Shown one piece after another: positions 1-8,235 of a stretch of 59,170 nucleotides of DNA. Numbering within the stretch: position 1 is the stretch's first letter; each line of letters begins with the position of its first letter. The notes beneath the pieces are model-generated. The model worked only from the letters and a program-made list of their open reading frames with translations, searched no databases and was not told the DNA's origin. The position numbers were made by a program, and so were the translations under genes. The stretch is from an uncultured virus (IMG/VR IMGVR_UViG_3300025736_000009) (taxonomy: Duplodnaviria; Heunggongvirae; Uroviricota; Caudoviricetes): the IMG/VR virus record IMGVR_UViG_3300025736_000009. One strand, 5' to 3'.

Positions 1-2
1 TG

Positions 3-914
3 TATCCAATTCCTAAAAAAGAAACACCACCTAATTTCTTAAATATTAAAGATATATTACCAGATAGTTATACACTACGTGAAGATACTTGGCTACATCC
101 CAAACGACAAGGATGTAATACATTTTGTATATCCCAACTTCTAGTAGATGCTAGATTTGCTAAAGCAGCTGGCGTATATCTTGCAGAAGGCTCATCTAAT
201 GGTAGATCAACTAAAACTCATCAACCAAAAGGTTTAATATTTAGCCTTAACATAAATGAGATAGAAACAGCAAATTTTCTAAAAGATTACTTTGCAGATA
301 TTTGTGAAACTACTCCAAAAATATTTACAAAACCAGAAAGTAATTCAAGGTATGTATGTGTAACTAATCAAACAATAGGAAAATTATTTTGTAATATATT
401 TGGACAACGTTCCGCAACAAAACAATTACCACAATGGGCTTTTAATCTAGATTCGGAACTCCAACGTCAATTACTATCTAGTTACTTTGCAGGTGATGGT
501 TGTTTATGTGCATCCAAACACAATGATTGTAAAACTGGGCATCAACTACAAGCCGAAATGACTACTATTAGCCTTAAACTTGCTTTAGGCATTAGAGATA
601 TGCTTCTACAAAACGGATTTGTAGCAAGTGTCCAATTTACCACAAGAAAGTCATACTTTCCTAAACAAGATAGACGACAAATTTATAGAGTTAGGATGTT
701 TGGTACTGTAGCATATGACTTTGTTACATGGGTAACTGGAAAAGCTCCAAGCTATGTACGGCCTGAAAATAGAAGGCGACAAGCATGGATAGATGGTAAC
801 TATTTAGTAAGTAAAGTAATAAAAACAGAAAAGCAGCCCTACTCTGGAGAGGTATATAACTGGACAATAGAGGACGATAATTCTTTTTGTGTATTAGGGT
901 ATGCAACACATAAT
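3..914 (+). mobile_element. Intein (N-terminus outside window) with LAGLIDADG homing endonuclease
   Basis: Block C AGVYLAEGS, block E LLSSYFAGDG, block F YSGEVYNWTIEDDNSF, terminal His-Asn (909-914) followed by Ser (915-917). Confidence 0.92.
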
Positions 915-2729
915 TCGCCATATTCACAGGAATATAAACAACTAAAGGGATATCTACCACATGATGACCAACTAACAGAAGATCAAAGAGATAGATTTCA
1001 GGCTGCTAAGAAAAGAGCTGGAGCACAAAAGAAACGGCTTGATTTATTTCCATATAGATTTAAAAACGCAAATGTAGAAGAACAGACATATACAGTCAGT
1101 AACATAATGGATGCCAATACACTACAGGTTAGAGAATCTGAACATCCACTGCGTCTTGCTGGAGTAAGGGCTTCTAATCAAAGAATTACAGATGAGTATG
1201 GAGAAAATGAAAACCTATCTCCAGCTGAAGTATTATATCGTCAGTACGGTATTCGCAAAGGTACAAAAGTAACAGCTTTAGTAAATAAAGATCCAGAAGA
1301 TAGATATGCTGACGATGTACTTGGAACACAGCATGCTGTTGTCATGGCACACAATAGAAACATTAATGCTGATCTAATACAAACTGGAGTTGGAATAGAA
1401 AAAGAAGAATGGTCTGCTGCTGGTATATATGCTCGATTTACTGAAAAAGAAATAACTGCTGGAGCACGCTATGAGACAATATCTCATGCTGATACAATGC
1501 TCAATTCAAAATTTCTTAAAATCAGATCTCCTTATGAAGAATATGTAAGAAGTCAAGTTTATGGAAAAAAATATGGACGCTGGGAGTCTGCTTATAGTTC
1601 TTACATTGAACCAACAATACAGTCATATGTAGCTAAAGGAGCAATAGGCGCAGCAGTAGGAGCGGGAGTATTTTCCTCTCTATTTATGAGAACAAAAAAG
1701 ATGAGAGGCAAAGCAGCGCTTGCTGGAGCAGCAATAGGAGCTGGACTTTCAATACTTCGACAAGGACAAGAAGCACTAACAGGAGAGCCTTGGATACCAA
1801 ATAGAACACAAAAGAGAAGAGATGTAGAAGAATATTATGATACCTTAGAGTATATAAAATATAGAAGACTATATGAAGCAACTGCTAAACTAGCTAATGA
1901 TGAAGAAGGAACAGACGTAGAAGAAATAGATGATCGGGCTCGTAATCTTGGACAGTGGAGAAAAGAAAAGATTAGAGAGCTAGAGGATAAAAGAAGAAAA
2001 CACCTATTAGCTAATGAACGTGGATCAAAAGAAGAGTTGGCTATCAGAGCAGAAATACAAGAACTACAAAGTAGATCCGAGACAGTAGCACTTGGACCAC
2101 TAGCAACACAAGCAGTATTATATCAACAAAAATATAGATCAACAATGTATGGAGCCGATCCTGGCGGACCATACATGAATATATTTAGAGCACTCCCAAA
2201 GTATGAACGAGAAATAATAAATGGATTGATAACAGGATCAACACCAGAAGAAAGAAAAAAAGCCTATAGACTTCTCCCAGATTACGAACAAAGGCTACTT
2301 GGAATACACCTTGGTATTGAAGAAGAAGATATACCAAAAAGAAAACTACTCGGTGATTACTTTAAAGTACACACACTTCCAGGTGAATCCTGGAAAGGAT
2401 GGTCACCAGAAGTAGACTTAGAACAACTTAAAGCAAGAACTACAGTACAAGAACATACAGACCCTCTTGACTATGGTTTCTATCCACAGGTTGTAGTTGA
2501 AGCAGAACATAATACAAATGAAGTACAACTACCAACAGTACATGGTTCATCTTCACATATTCAAAAAACTTTAAACAATTTACTATCAGGAAATGGTATA
2601 AAAAATCTACGAATTAGGGTAAACTCAGTTCCAGATGCCAATGCCTCATCAGACAACATAAATATAGCAATGAATGTAAGACAAAATAGAATGAAAGAAA
2701 TCGCAGAAACTTTAAATTTATATGGATAA
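3..2729 (+). CDS. 5'-truncated giant protein (probable virion/ejection protein) with an intein, an SNase-like OB domain and Gly-rich hydrophobic helices
   Basis: Frame is open from nt 3 (YPIPKKETPP...), so ATG 558 is internal. The C-extein has YTVSNIMDANTLQV..LRLAGV..NINADLIQTG (thermonuclease-like) and GAIGAAVGAGVF/AALAGAAIGAGL helices. Confidence 0.75.
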   Translation, partial: YPIPKKETPPNFLNIKDILPDSYTLREDTWLHPKRQGCNTFCISQLLVDARFAKAAGVYLAEGSSNGRSTKTHQPKGLIFSLNINEIETANFLKDYFADICETTPKIFTKPESNSRYVCVTNQTIGKLFCNIFGQRSATKQLPQWAFNLDSELQRQLLSSYFAGDGCLCASKHNDCKTGHQLQAEMTTISLKLALGIRDMLLQNGFVASVQFTTRKSYFPKQDRRQIYRVRMFGTVAYDFVTWVTGKAPSYVRPENRRRQAWIDGNYLVSKVIKTEKQPYSGEVYNWTIEDDNSFCVLGYATHNSPYSQEYKQLKGYLPHDDQLTEDQRDRFQAAKKRAGAQKKRLDLFPYRFKNANVEEQTYTVSNIMDANTLQVRESEHPLRLAGVRASNQRITDEYGENENLSPAEVLYRQYGIRKGTKVTALVNKDPEDRYADDVLGTQHAVVMAHNRNINADLIQTGVGIEKEEWSAAGIYARFTEKEITAGARYETISHADTMLNSKFLKIRSPYEEYVRSQVYGKKYGRWESAYSSYIEPTIQSYVAKGAIGAAVGAGVFSSLFMRTKKMRGKAALAGAAIGAGLSILRQGQEALTGEPWIPNRTQKRRDVEEYYDTLEYIKYRRLYEATAKLANDEEGTDVEEIDDRARNLGQWRKEKIRELEDKRRKHLLANERGSKEELAIRAEIQELQSRSETVALGPLATQAVLYQQKYRSTMYGADPGGPYMNIFRALPKYEREIINGLITGSTPEERKKAYRLLPDYEQRLLGIHLGIEEEDIPKRKLLGDYFKVHTLPGESWKGWSPEVDLEQLKARTTVQEHTDPLDYGFYPQVVVEAEHNTNEVQLPTVHGSSSHIQKTLNNLLSGNGIKNLRIRVNSVPDANASSDNINIAMNVRQNRMKEIAETLNLYG

Positions 2730-2733
2730 ATAC

Positions 2734-2762
2734 TAGATAAATTAGTAAAAGTATGCTATAAT
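2734..2762 (+). promoter_or_regulatory. Sigma70/sigmaA-type promoter
   Basis: TAGATA-N17-TATAAT with extended -10 (TGc TATAAT); AAGGAG SD before ATG 2803. Confidence 0.7.
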
Positions 2763-2802
2763 ATAATTGTAAAAGCCAACTCTAATTATAAAGGAGATCA
2801 AC

Positions 2803-3999
2803 ATGGCCTGGGAACCTAATGACTTAGAAAGATTTAAAACAGCATATCGAGCAGGAGCATCAGATTTACAACTAAGTAATATGTTTGAATCAACTCCTGA
2901 TAAAGTAGGAAAGTTTTTAAGGGTATGCAAAACAATAGGAGAACTTCCTGCACGAAAGGATTTTGATCCTATAACAGATATGCCAGAAGAAGATATACCA
3001 GAAGATGACAGAGATTTAAAATTATTAAAACTTTTAAAGAGATCACAAACTGCACTCACTATAGATGAAGCCGCTAATGCTTTAGATATCTCACCAAAAA
3101 GAATAGAAGAAGCCGCAGAAAGACTATCCGCAAAACGCTATCTAGTAGACTCTTCTAATAAACCATTCATACAGTTTTCTCCTCCACCAATTGGAAAAAA
3201 ATCACAACACATGGTAAACTATTCAAACGGAAACACCTTTAAGTTTGGAGTTGTATCCGATAACCATTTATGCTCTAAATACGCAAGAGAAGATGTACTA
3301 CATGATTTATATGACATATTTGAAGAAGAAGGAGTTACAACGGTATATAATGCCGGTAACTGGGTAGATGGGGAAAAGAACTTCAACAAACAAGATTTAA
3401 ATATACATGGACTTGGTAATCAAGTAAACTATTTTGTAAAGAACTATCCAAGTAGACCAAATATAGATACATACTATATAGCAGGAGATGACCATGAGGG
3501 CTGGTGGGTACAATCAACAGGAGTTGATATTGGACAATATGCTGAAGATGTTGCAAAACGCGCAGGACGCACAGACTTACATTATCTTGGATACATGGAG
3601 CACGATGTAGAAATAACACATCCAGACGGTATAGCACCTACTCGAATACGTATAAACCATCCTGGTGGAGGAAGTGCCGAGTCGATTAGCCATGCCCCTC
3701 AGAAAGAAGTATCATCTTATATGGGTGGAGATAAACCACACATGTTAATAATGGGGCACTATCATAAAGCAGGATACTTTTTCTACAGAAATTGTCACAT
3801 ACTTTTAGCAGGATGTACAGAAATGCAAACACCATTCATGAGAAAGAAACGACTTCCAGCACATCTAGGTGGTTGGATAGTTACAATAAAGCAAGGAGAG
3901 GATGGAAGCATACTAAGATTAGATACATCATTCTTCCCATTCTATGATATACCAAACACAGATGAACTGTGGACATATAAGATGTATCAGGAGGGCTAA
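2803..3999 (+). CDS. Calcineurin-like metallophosphoesterase with N-terminal HTH region
   Basis: Motifs SDNH, AGNWVDG, GDDHE, NHPGGG, MGHYH; N-terminal LTIDEAANALDISPKRIEEAAERL looks like a winged HTH. Confidence 0.85.
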   Translation: MAWEPNDLERFKTAYRAGASDLQLSNMFESTPDKVGKFLRVCKTIGELPARKDFDPITDMPEEDIPEDDRDLKLLKLLKRSQTALTIDEAANALDISPKRIEEAAERLSAKRYLVDSSNKPFIQFSPPPIGKKSQHMVNYSNGNTFKFGVVSDNHLCSKYAREDVLHDLYDIFEEEGVTTVYNAGNWVDGEKNFNKQDLNIHGLGNQVNYFVKNYPSRPNIDTYYIAGDDHEGWWVQSTGVDIGQYAEDVAKRAGRTDLHYLGYMEHDVEITHPDGIAPTRIRINHPGGGSAESISHAPQKEVSSYMGGDKPHMLIMGHYHKAGYFFYRNCHILLAGCTEMQTPFMRKKRLPAHLGGWIVTIKQGEDGSILRLDTSFFPFYDIPNTDELWTYKMYQEG

Positions 4000-4001
4000 C
4001 T

Positions 4002-4283
4002 ATGTATATAAAAACATTAAGACCAAACAAATACACTTGTAGAATTACACTACCAGAATCAGATTATAACTTAGAAGACATTCTACTAATAACAACTACA
4101 GGCGCAATTATTACACCAGAACACTATGAAAAAATAGATGAAACATCTGTTAATATAACTTATAGTTTATCTAGAGGATTTGTAGATACACAACTACAGC
4201 CAGGGGACACTATACATGCCTACATACCTACTCCATACATATTAAAAAACATAATCAAACCAAGGGGTAGACCACCAAAATAA
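4002..4283 (+). CDS. Hypothetical protein
   Basis: 93 aa, GGAGG SD, tightly packed; ends in the AT-hook-like KPRGRPPK. Confidence 0.7.
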   Translation: MYIKTLRPNKYTCRITLPESDYNLEDILLITTTGAIITPEHYEKIDETSVNITYSLSRGFVDTQLQPGDTIHAYIPTPYILKNIIKPRGRPPK

Positions 4284-4297
4284 GGAGATAACTATAC

Positions 4298-5218
4298 TTG
4301 AAAAAATCAATTCTATTACGCTTTGAAGGGCATGATTGGGAACTGCTTGCAGCAATGGCTGCAGTAGAGGAGCTAAAGAAACAACACCACTATATTACTA
4401 TAGACCTTGTTATCAAGAATACTAATCAAGCAGAGTATGTAAGAAATGGTGCATGGTTTATAAACAACGTATATGAAGACAATGTGGTTACAGATGCGCT
4501 GCTAACTTATGATTTTGTACATACACTAGAAAGTGATTCTGATACAACATATAAAGAAGAACTCAATAGAAGGTCTACTAAGAAAGCACATATAGATGAG
4601 CAAATAAAAGAAATATCAGAAAAGAGAGAGATAAAGCCTGAAGAAATAGCAAAACCAGAAGGATATGATAGGCTAAACCCAGAAATACCTCCAACCTGGA
4701 ATGTAATAAATGGATACGCCTGTAACTTAGAAACACATGGAGGATGGAAAGTAGATATAAAAGATAATGCCTATCCATGGATATATAAACCAAAAAAGGA
4801 TATTGGAAACAAGTTTCTACATACATCTAAAGCTATAATAAAAACTGGAATACCTTACATAGTAGTAGAGGATATGGAAAGCTTTACTGATACAGTAAAA
4901 TATTTAGATATTCCACCAACCTGGGGTTGTATAGATTTAACAAAAAATGAAGTATCCTTAATACATACAGCCGCACTTATATCTAATAGTAGGTGTAAGT
5001 TTGTACTTGGCTCAATAAATGGAGCCACATATATTGCTTGGGCATTACGTATACTTTCTATATCTGTATCCAACAACAAATCAGAATCTGGTTGGAATAT
5101 TTGTAGAGGTTCAAATTGTACAAACCTAACATCAGCAGCCCCTAACTTTATAGATAAGTTTAATGATATATTACACAAAACTATAGAGAAGGAGTATAGT
5201 ATCACGTGGACAACTTAG
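4298..5218 (+). CDS. Divergent glycosyltransferase family 9 (heptosyltransferase-like) protein
   Basis: N-terminal ILLRFEGHDWELLAAMAAVEELKKQHHYITIDLVI and C-terminal IDLTKNEVSLIHTAALIS..FVLGSINGATYIAWAL follow the GT9 pattern; TTG start with AAGGAG SD. Confidence 0.6.
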   Translation: MKKSILLRFEGHDWELLAAMAAVEELKKQHHYITIDLVIKNTNQAEYVRNGAWFINNVYEDNVVTDALLTYDFVHTLESDSDTTYKEELNRRSTKKAHIDEQIKEISEKREIKPEEIAKPEGYDRLNPEIPPTWNVINGYACNLETHGGWKVDIKDNAYPWIYKPKKDIGNKFLHTSKAIIKTGIPYIVVEDMESFTDTVKYLDIPPTWGCIDLTKNEVSLIHTAALISNSRCKFVLGSINGATYIAWALRILSISVSNNKSESGWNICRGSNCTNLTSAAPNFIDKFNDILHKTIEKEYSITWTT

Positions 5219-5760
5219 TACTTACAATATTTGGAGAAATAACTTTAGAAAAAATATCTCCTATAATAGATACACTTATACGCCATCCAAAAAATGCTCC
5301 AGTTACTATATTTATAAATAGTGAAGGAGGACAGCTATATCCCGCTTTAGCTCTTACAGATGTAATTTCATGTTATGATAATACAACCTCTATTGGTCTT
5401 GGACAGGTATCAAGTGCTGCTACTACTATATATATGGCCGCAAATAAGAGATATATATCAAAACATGCATACATGTTATTACACGGTATAAGTTGGTATT
5501 ATGGAGGAGATACATTAAACCTAATAGAAGTAGATAAAGAAAAAATAGACCATAAAAGAGTAACATCCTCTATTGTAGATTTTTATGTAAGTCGTACTAA
5601 CTTAGAAAGAAAAAAATGGAACTCTTTGCTAAAAGAAGAAAGCTTTTTATCTTCAGAAAAGATAATATCATATGGAATAGCGCATGAATTATGGACTGGA
5701 AAATGCTTACCAAAACAAAAAGAAACTGGGTTTATGCCAATTACAGAAAAGAAAGATTAA
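5206..5760 (+). CDS. clpP: ClpP-like serine protease
   Basis: IFINSEGG, GQVSSAA (catalytic Ser), MLLHG (catalytic His), FLSSEKIISYGIAHE; GTG start with AAGGAG SD. Confidence 0.85.
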   Translation: MDNLVLTIFGEITLEKISPIIDTLIRHPKNAPVTIFINSEGGQLYPALALTDVISCYDNTTSIGLGQVSSAATTIYMAANKRYISKHAYMLLHGISWYYGGDTLNLIEVDKEKIDHKRVTSSIVDFYVSRTNLERKKWNSLLKEESFLSSEKIISYGIAHELWTGKCLPKQKETGFMPITEKKD

Positions 5761-5781
5761 TTACTGGAGTAACTACAACAA

Positions 5782-6357
5782 ATGAAACCAAGAATTGTAA
5801 TTGATCCTGGTCACGGAGGAAATAGCAATCCAGGAGCATGTGCTGGAGGATCAAAAGAAAAAGATATAGTTTTAGCTTGTGCTAAAATGTTAGGACATTT
5901 TTTTAGAGAATTAGGATATACAACAGTATTCACACGAGATACAGATAAAACACTATCTAATTCCTATAGAAGCTCCATTGCAAAACATGGAGATATACTA
6001 ATATCATTACACTCTAATGGATCAGTAAACAAATCAGCCAATGGTTCAGAAATCTGGTATAGGTCTGGAGTTGAAGCTAGTAAAGTATTATCACAATATG
6101 TTTGTAGATCAGTAGATGCTTTAGATTTCTTTACCAAAAGAGGAGTCAAAGGAGACAAGTCTAGATATCCTATTTGGGGATTTTATATGTTACGTAATGC
6201 TTTAGCCAACAGATGTAAATCATGTATACTAACAGAAGTAGGTTTTATCTCAAACATAAATGATAGAGAAGTTTTAACTACTACTAAAAAAAGAAACCTG
6301 ATTGCTAAAGCAATATGTAATGGAGTACACAAATATATACAGGAGTATTTACAATAA
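5782..6357 (+). CDS. N-acetylmuramoyl-L-alanine amidase (Amidase_3), possible endolysin
   Basis: IDPGHGG, EKD, ISLHSN, LTEVGFISN zinc/catalytic motifs; catalytic domain only. Confidence 0.92.
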   Translation: MKPRIVIDPGHGGNSNPGACAGGSKEKDIVLACAKMLGHFFRELGYTTVFTRDTDKTLSNSYRSSIAKHGDILISLHSNGSVNKSANGSEIWYRSGVEASKVLSQYVCRSVDALDFFTKRGVKGDKSRYPIWGFYMLRNALANRCKSCILTEVGFISNINDREVLTTTKKRNLIAKAICNGVHKYIQEYLQ

Positions 6358-6677
6358 AACCTCCAAAAAATATAGGTGATACCGTTAAATATAAACTAAC
6401 AACCGGACATGGTTCTATACTATATGCTCTTTTTAAATTAACAAACATAGATACAGATCCATATGAAGGAGATATTGTTATTACTGGATTCTCTCAATCA
6501 ATACAAGATAACATAGGCTTTGCGGGCTTAGGGTTTATTCCTGAAAAAGAAGGATATATAGCAGTAAAAGAAATTGGAAAAGATGAATATGGTTTATCAC
6601 AATTTAAACAAGAATTAATAACAAATGTTGAACGTATTGAAACAGTTGAGGAGGACATCATTGAGTATAAAACATAA
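6354..6677 (+). CDS. Hypothetical protein missed by the ORF track (probable ATA start)
   Basis: 107-codon open frame (IKPPKNIGDTVKYKL...DIIEYKT*) filling the gap exactly; AGGAG 8 nt upstream; ATAA overlap with the amidase stop. Confidence 0.6.
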   Translation: MKPPKNIGDTVKYKLTTGHGSILYALFKLTNIDTDPYEGDIVITGFSQSIQDNIGFAGLGFIPEKEGYIAVKEIGKDEYGLSQFKQELITNVERIETVEEDIIEYKT

Positions 6678-6951
6678 ACAACGTAGTAACTTATCACCTA
6701 AACACGGTAATAACGGAGGAACATTGCCACGTTTAAAGCAAACAGAAAAAAGATCACAAAAGATGTTACGTAGAAAAGAAAACCCAATAAAGAAAACAGA
6801 AAAGGAAATAGTTGGTCTTTCATTGGATACAATCTTTACTTCAGAAAATTTACTTCGTGTAACCTTAGACAAACGATTGCCAAAAGATAAAATAGAAGAA
6901 TTATTAGAAAAGTCAAAAGAGAATAAAGACGACGAATCAAATACCAAATAG
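6661..6951 (+). CDS. Small basic hypothetical protein
   Basis: TTG 6661 preceded by GAGGAGG is a better start than 6625; Lys/Arg-rich. Confidence 0.6.
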   Translation: MSIKHKQRSNLSPKHGNNGGTLPRLKQTEKRSQKMLRRKENPIKKTEKEIVGLSLDTIFTSENLLRVTLDKRLPKDKIEELLEKSKENKDDESNTK

Positions 6952-7009
6952 AGAGACATAATTGGCGTTATAGTCTAACGCTACTAACTTTAAATTACAG
7001 CGAGATATT

Positions 7010-7651
7010 ATGCTAAACAATGAAGAAAACTCTATCTTAAAAGAAATACCATATCAACGAGAACTTGTACATTCAAGTCAATTAAGAATAGACCCATTAG
7101 AAACATGCTACTTTACATACCTATCACGTAAACAATGGAGATATGCAAAAATATTAGCAGCAAGAGCTACTGAACTATCAAAAAATGTATGTACATATAG
7201 ATTCGGAGCAGTTGGTAAAGTAGGAACACTTATACTACATAAGTTCTTACAAGAATCTTATGACTTGCCTTGGACTTCTCATTATAAACCAACCAAAGAA
7301 ATACCAATTTCTTCATATGACTTTACAATAAACAATATAAATATTGTAGTAAAGACACGCTCTCTAAAAACACCAGAACATAAGTTTAACTTATACGACA
7401 GAACAATACATCTAAACAAGTTTCCGATGATGATATCAGAAACTGAAATTACAAAAGACCAACACATATATGTGTGTTGTGGCTATAGAGTTACATCAAG
7501 AGAAGGTTATATACTTGGTTGGACAACCTATGATAAAATACTAAATAATCCAGTAAATACTTCTCTAAAATATCCTGCAAGATGTATCCCTATAGGAGAT
7601 TTATATCAATTACCTTATATGATAGATTACATAAAAGCAAGAGGATATTAA
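7010..7651 (+). CDS. Hypothetical protein, weak PD-(D/E)XK nuclease-like pattern
   Basis: GKVGTLILHKFL..SYDFTINNINIVVKTR..YILGW resembles the G..GE / YD / IDVKT pattern with acidic residues replaced. Confidence 0.4.
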   Translation: MLNNEENSILKEIPYQRELVHSSQLRIDPLETCYFTYLSRKQWRYAKILAARATELSKNVCTYRFGAVGKVGTLILHKFLQESYDLPWTSHYKPTKEIPISSYDFTINNINIVVKTRSLKTPEHKFNLYDRTIHLNKFPMMISETEITKDQHIYVCCGYRVTSREGYILGWTTYDKILNNPVNTSLKYPARCIPIGDLYQLPYMIDYIKARGY

Positions 7652-7664
7652 AATACATACTATA

Positions 7665-7910
7665 TTGTATGACAACTACTGGTACTTCTATTCAAAAAAA
7701 GAAAAAGAGGACAGTAACCAAAATATACCTCCAGTTGAGCCAGAGTATATGTATTGTCCAAGATGCTATAAAGAAATGCAAAAGTATACAGATGATTACA
7801 CTACTAAAGCACAATCAAACTTTGACATTTATGTGTGTCCAGCTTGTTCATCTAAAACACACAACAACAACAAACAACCAATAGTACAGCTTAATCTTCC
7901 ATTTGCCTGA
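7665..7910 (+). CDS. Zinc-ribbon protein
   Basis: CPRC...CPAC. Confidence 0.65.
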   Translation: MYDNYWYFYSKKEKEDSNQNIPPVEPEYMYCPRCYKEMQKYTDDYTTKAQSNFDIYVCPACSSKTHNNNKQPIVQLNLPFA

Positions 7911-8002
7911 GGAAGATAATACACTCTCTTATATAACATAACAAACATTACACATGTAGTACAGATAGAATGGAGTCAACTATATGAAAGGACCAACCTA
8001 CT

Positions 8003-8158
8003 GTGCCAAAAACAACGGAAACAAAACCACAACAACCAACAGCAACAGCAAAAACAAAAGCAGAGAATATTTGTCCAATATGCTCTAAAGGAATAATGAA
8101 ACCAGAAAGCGGATGCATGTATTGTAGCAATTGTGCATGGTCACCCTGTGCTGGATAG
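8003..8158 (+). CDS. 51-aa zinc-ribbon mini-protein resembling the C-terminal Cys cluster of class II ribonucleotide reductases
   Basis: GTG start after AAAGGA; CPICSKGIMKPESGCMYCSNCAWSPC. Confidence 0.65.
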   Translation: MPKTTETKPQQPTATAKTKAENICPICSKGIMKPESGCMYCSNCAWSPCAG

Positions 8159-8187
8159 AATTAAATAGTAAAATATAAAAACAAAGG

Positions 8188-8229
8188 CCGTCTGGGAGGA
8201 ATAGCCTTTTCTTCCAGACGGTTATATTT
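8188..8229 (+). terminator. Probable intrinsic terminator hairpin
   Basis: CCGTCTGGGAGGAA-tagcct-TTTCTTCCAGACGG (14-bp stem with G-U pairs) followed by TTATATTT. Confidence 0.6.
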
Positions 8230-8235
8230 ATAATT

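Noticed and set aside
558..560. ATG 558 as the start of the first gene
   Set aside because: The frame is open back to nt 3 and encodes intein endonuclease blocks upstream; the true start is outside the window
6963..6983. Short hairpin TGGCGTTA-tagtc-TAACGCTA
   Set aside because: Only 8 bp with no adjacent U-tract; insufficient to call a terminator or ncRNA
7582..7884. Alternative-frame + strand ORFs (also 31839-32060, 36059-36292 and the 5' parts of 58209 and 58580)
   Set aside because: They overlap better-supported genes in another frame and lack an SD or motifs
8195..8199. GGAGG within the hairpin as a sequestered SD or riboswitch for the 1786-aa gene
   Set aside because: About 36 nt from ATG 8236, too far for an SD; no aptamer recognised; a terminator is the simpler reading
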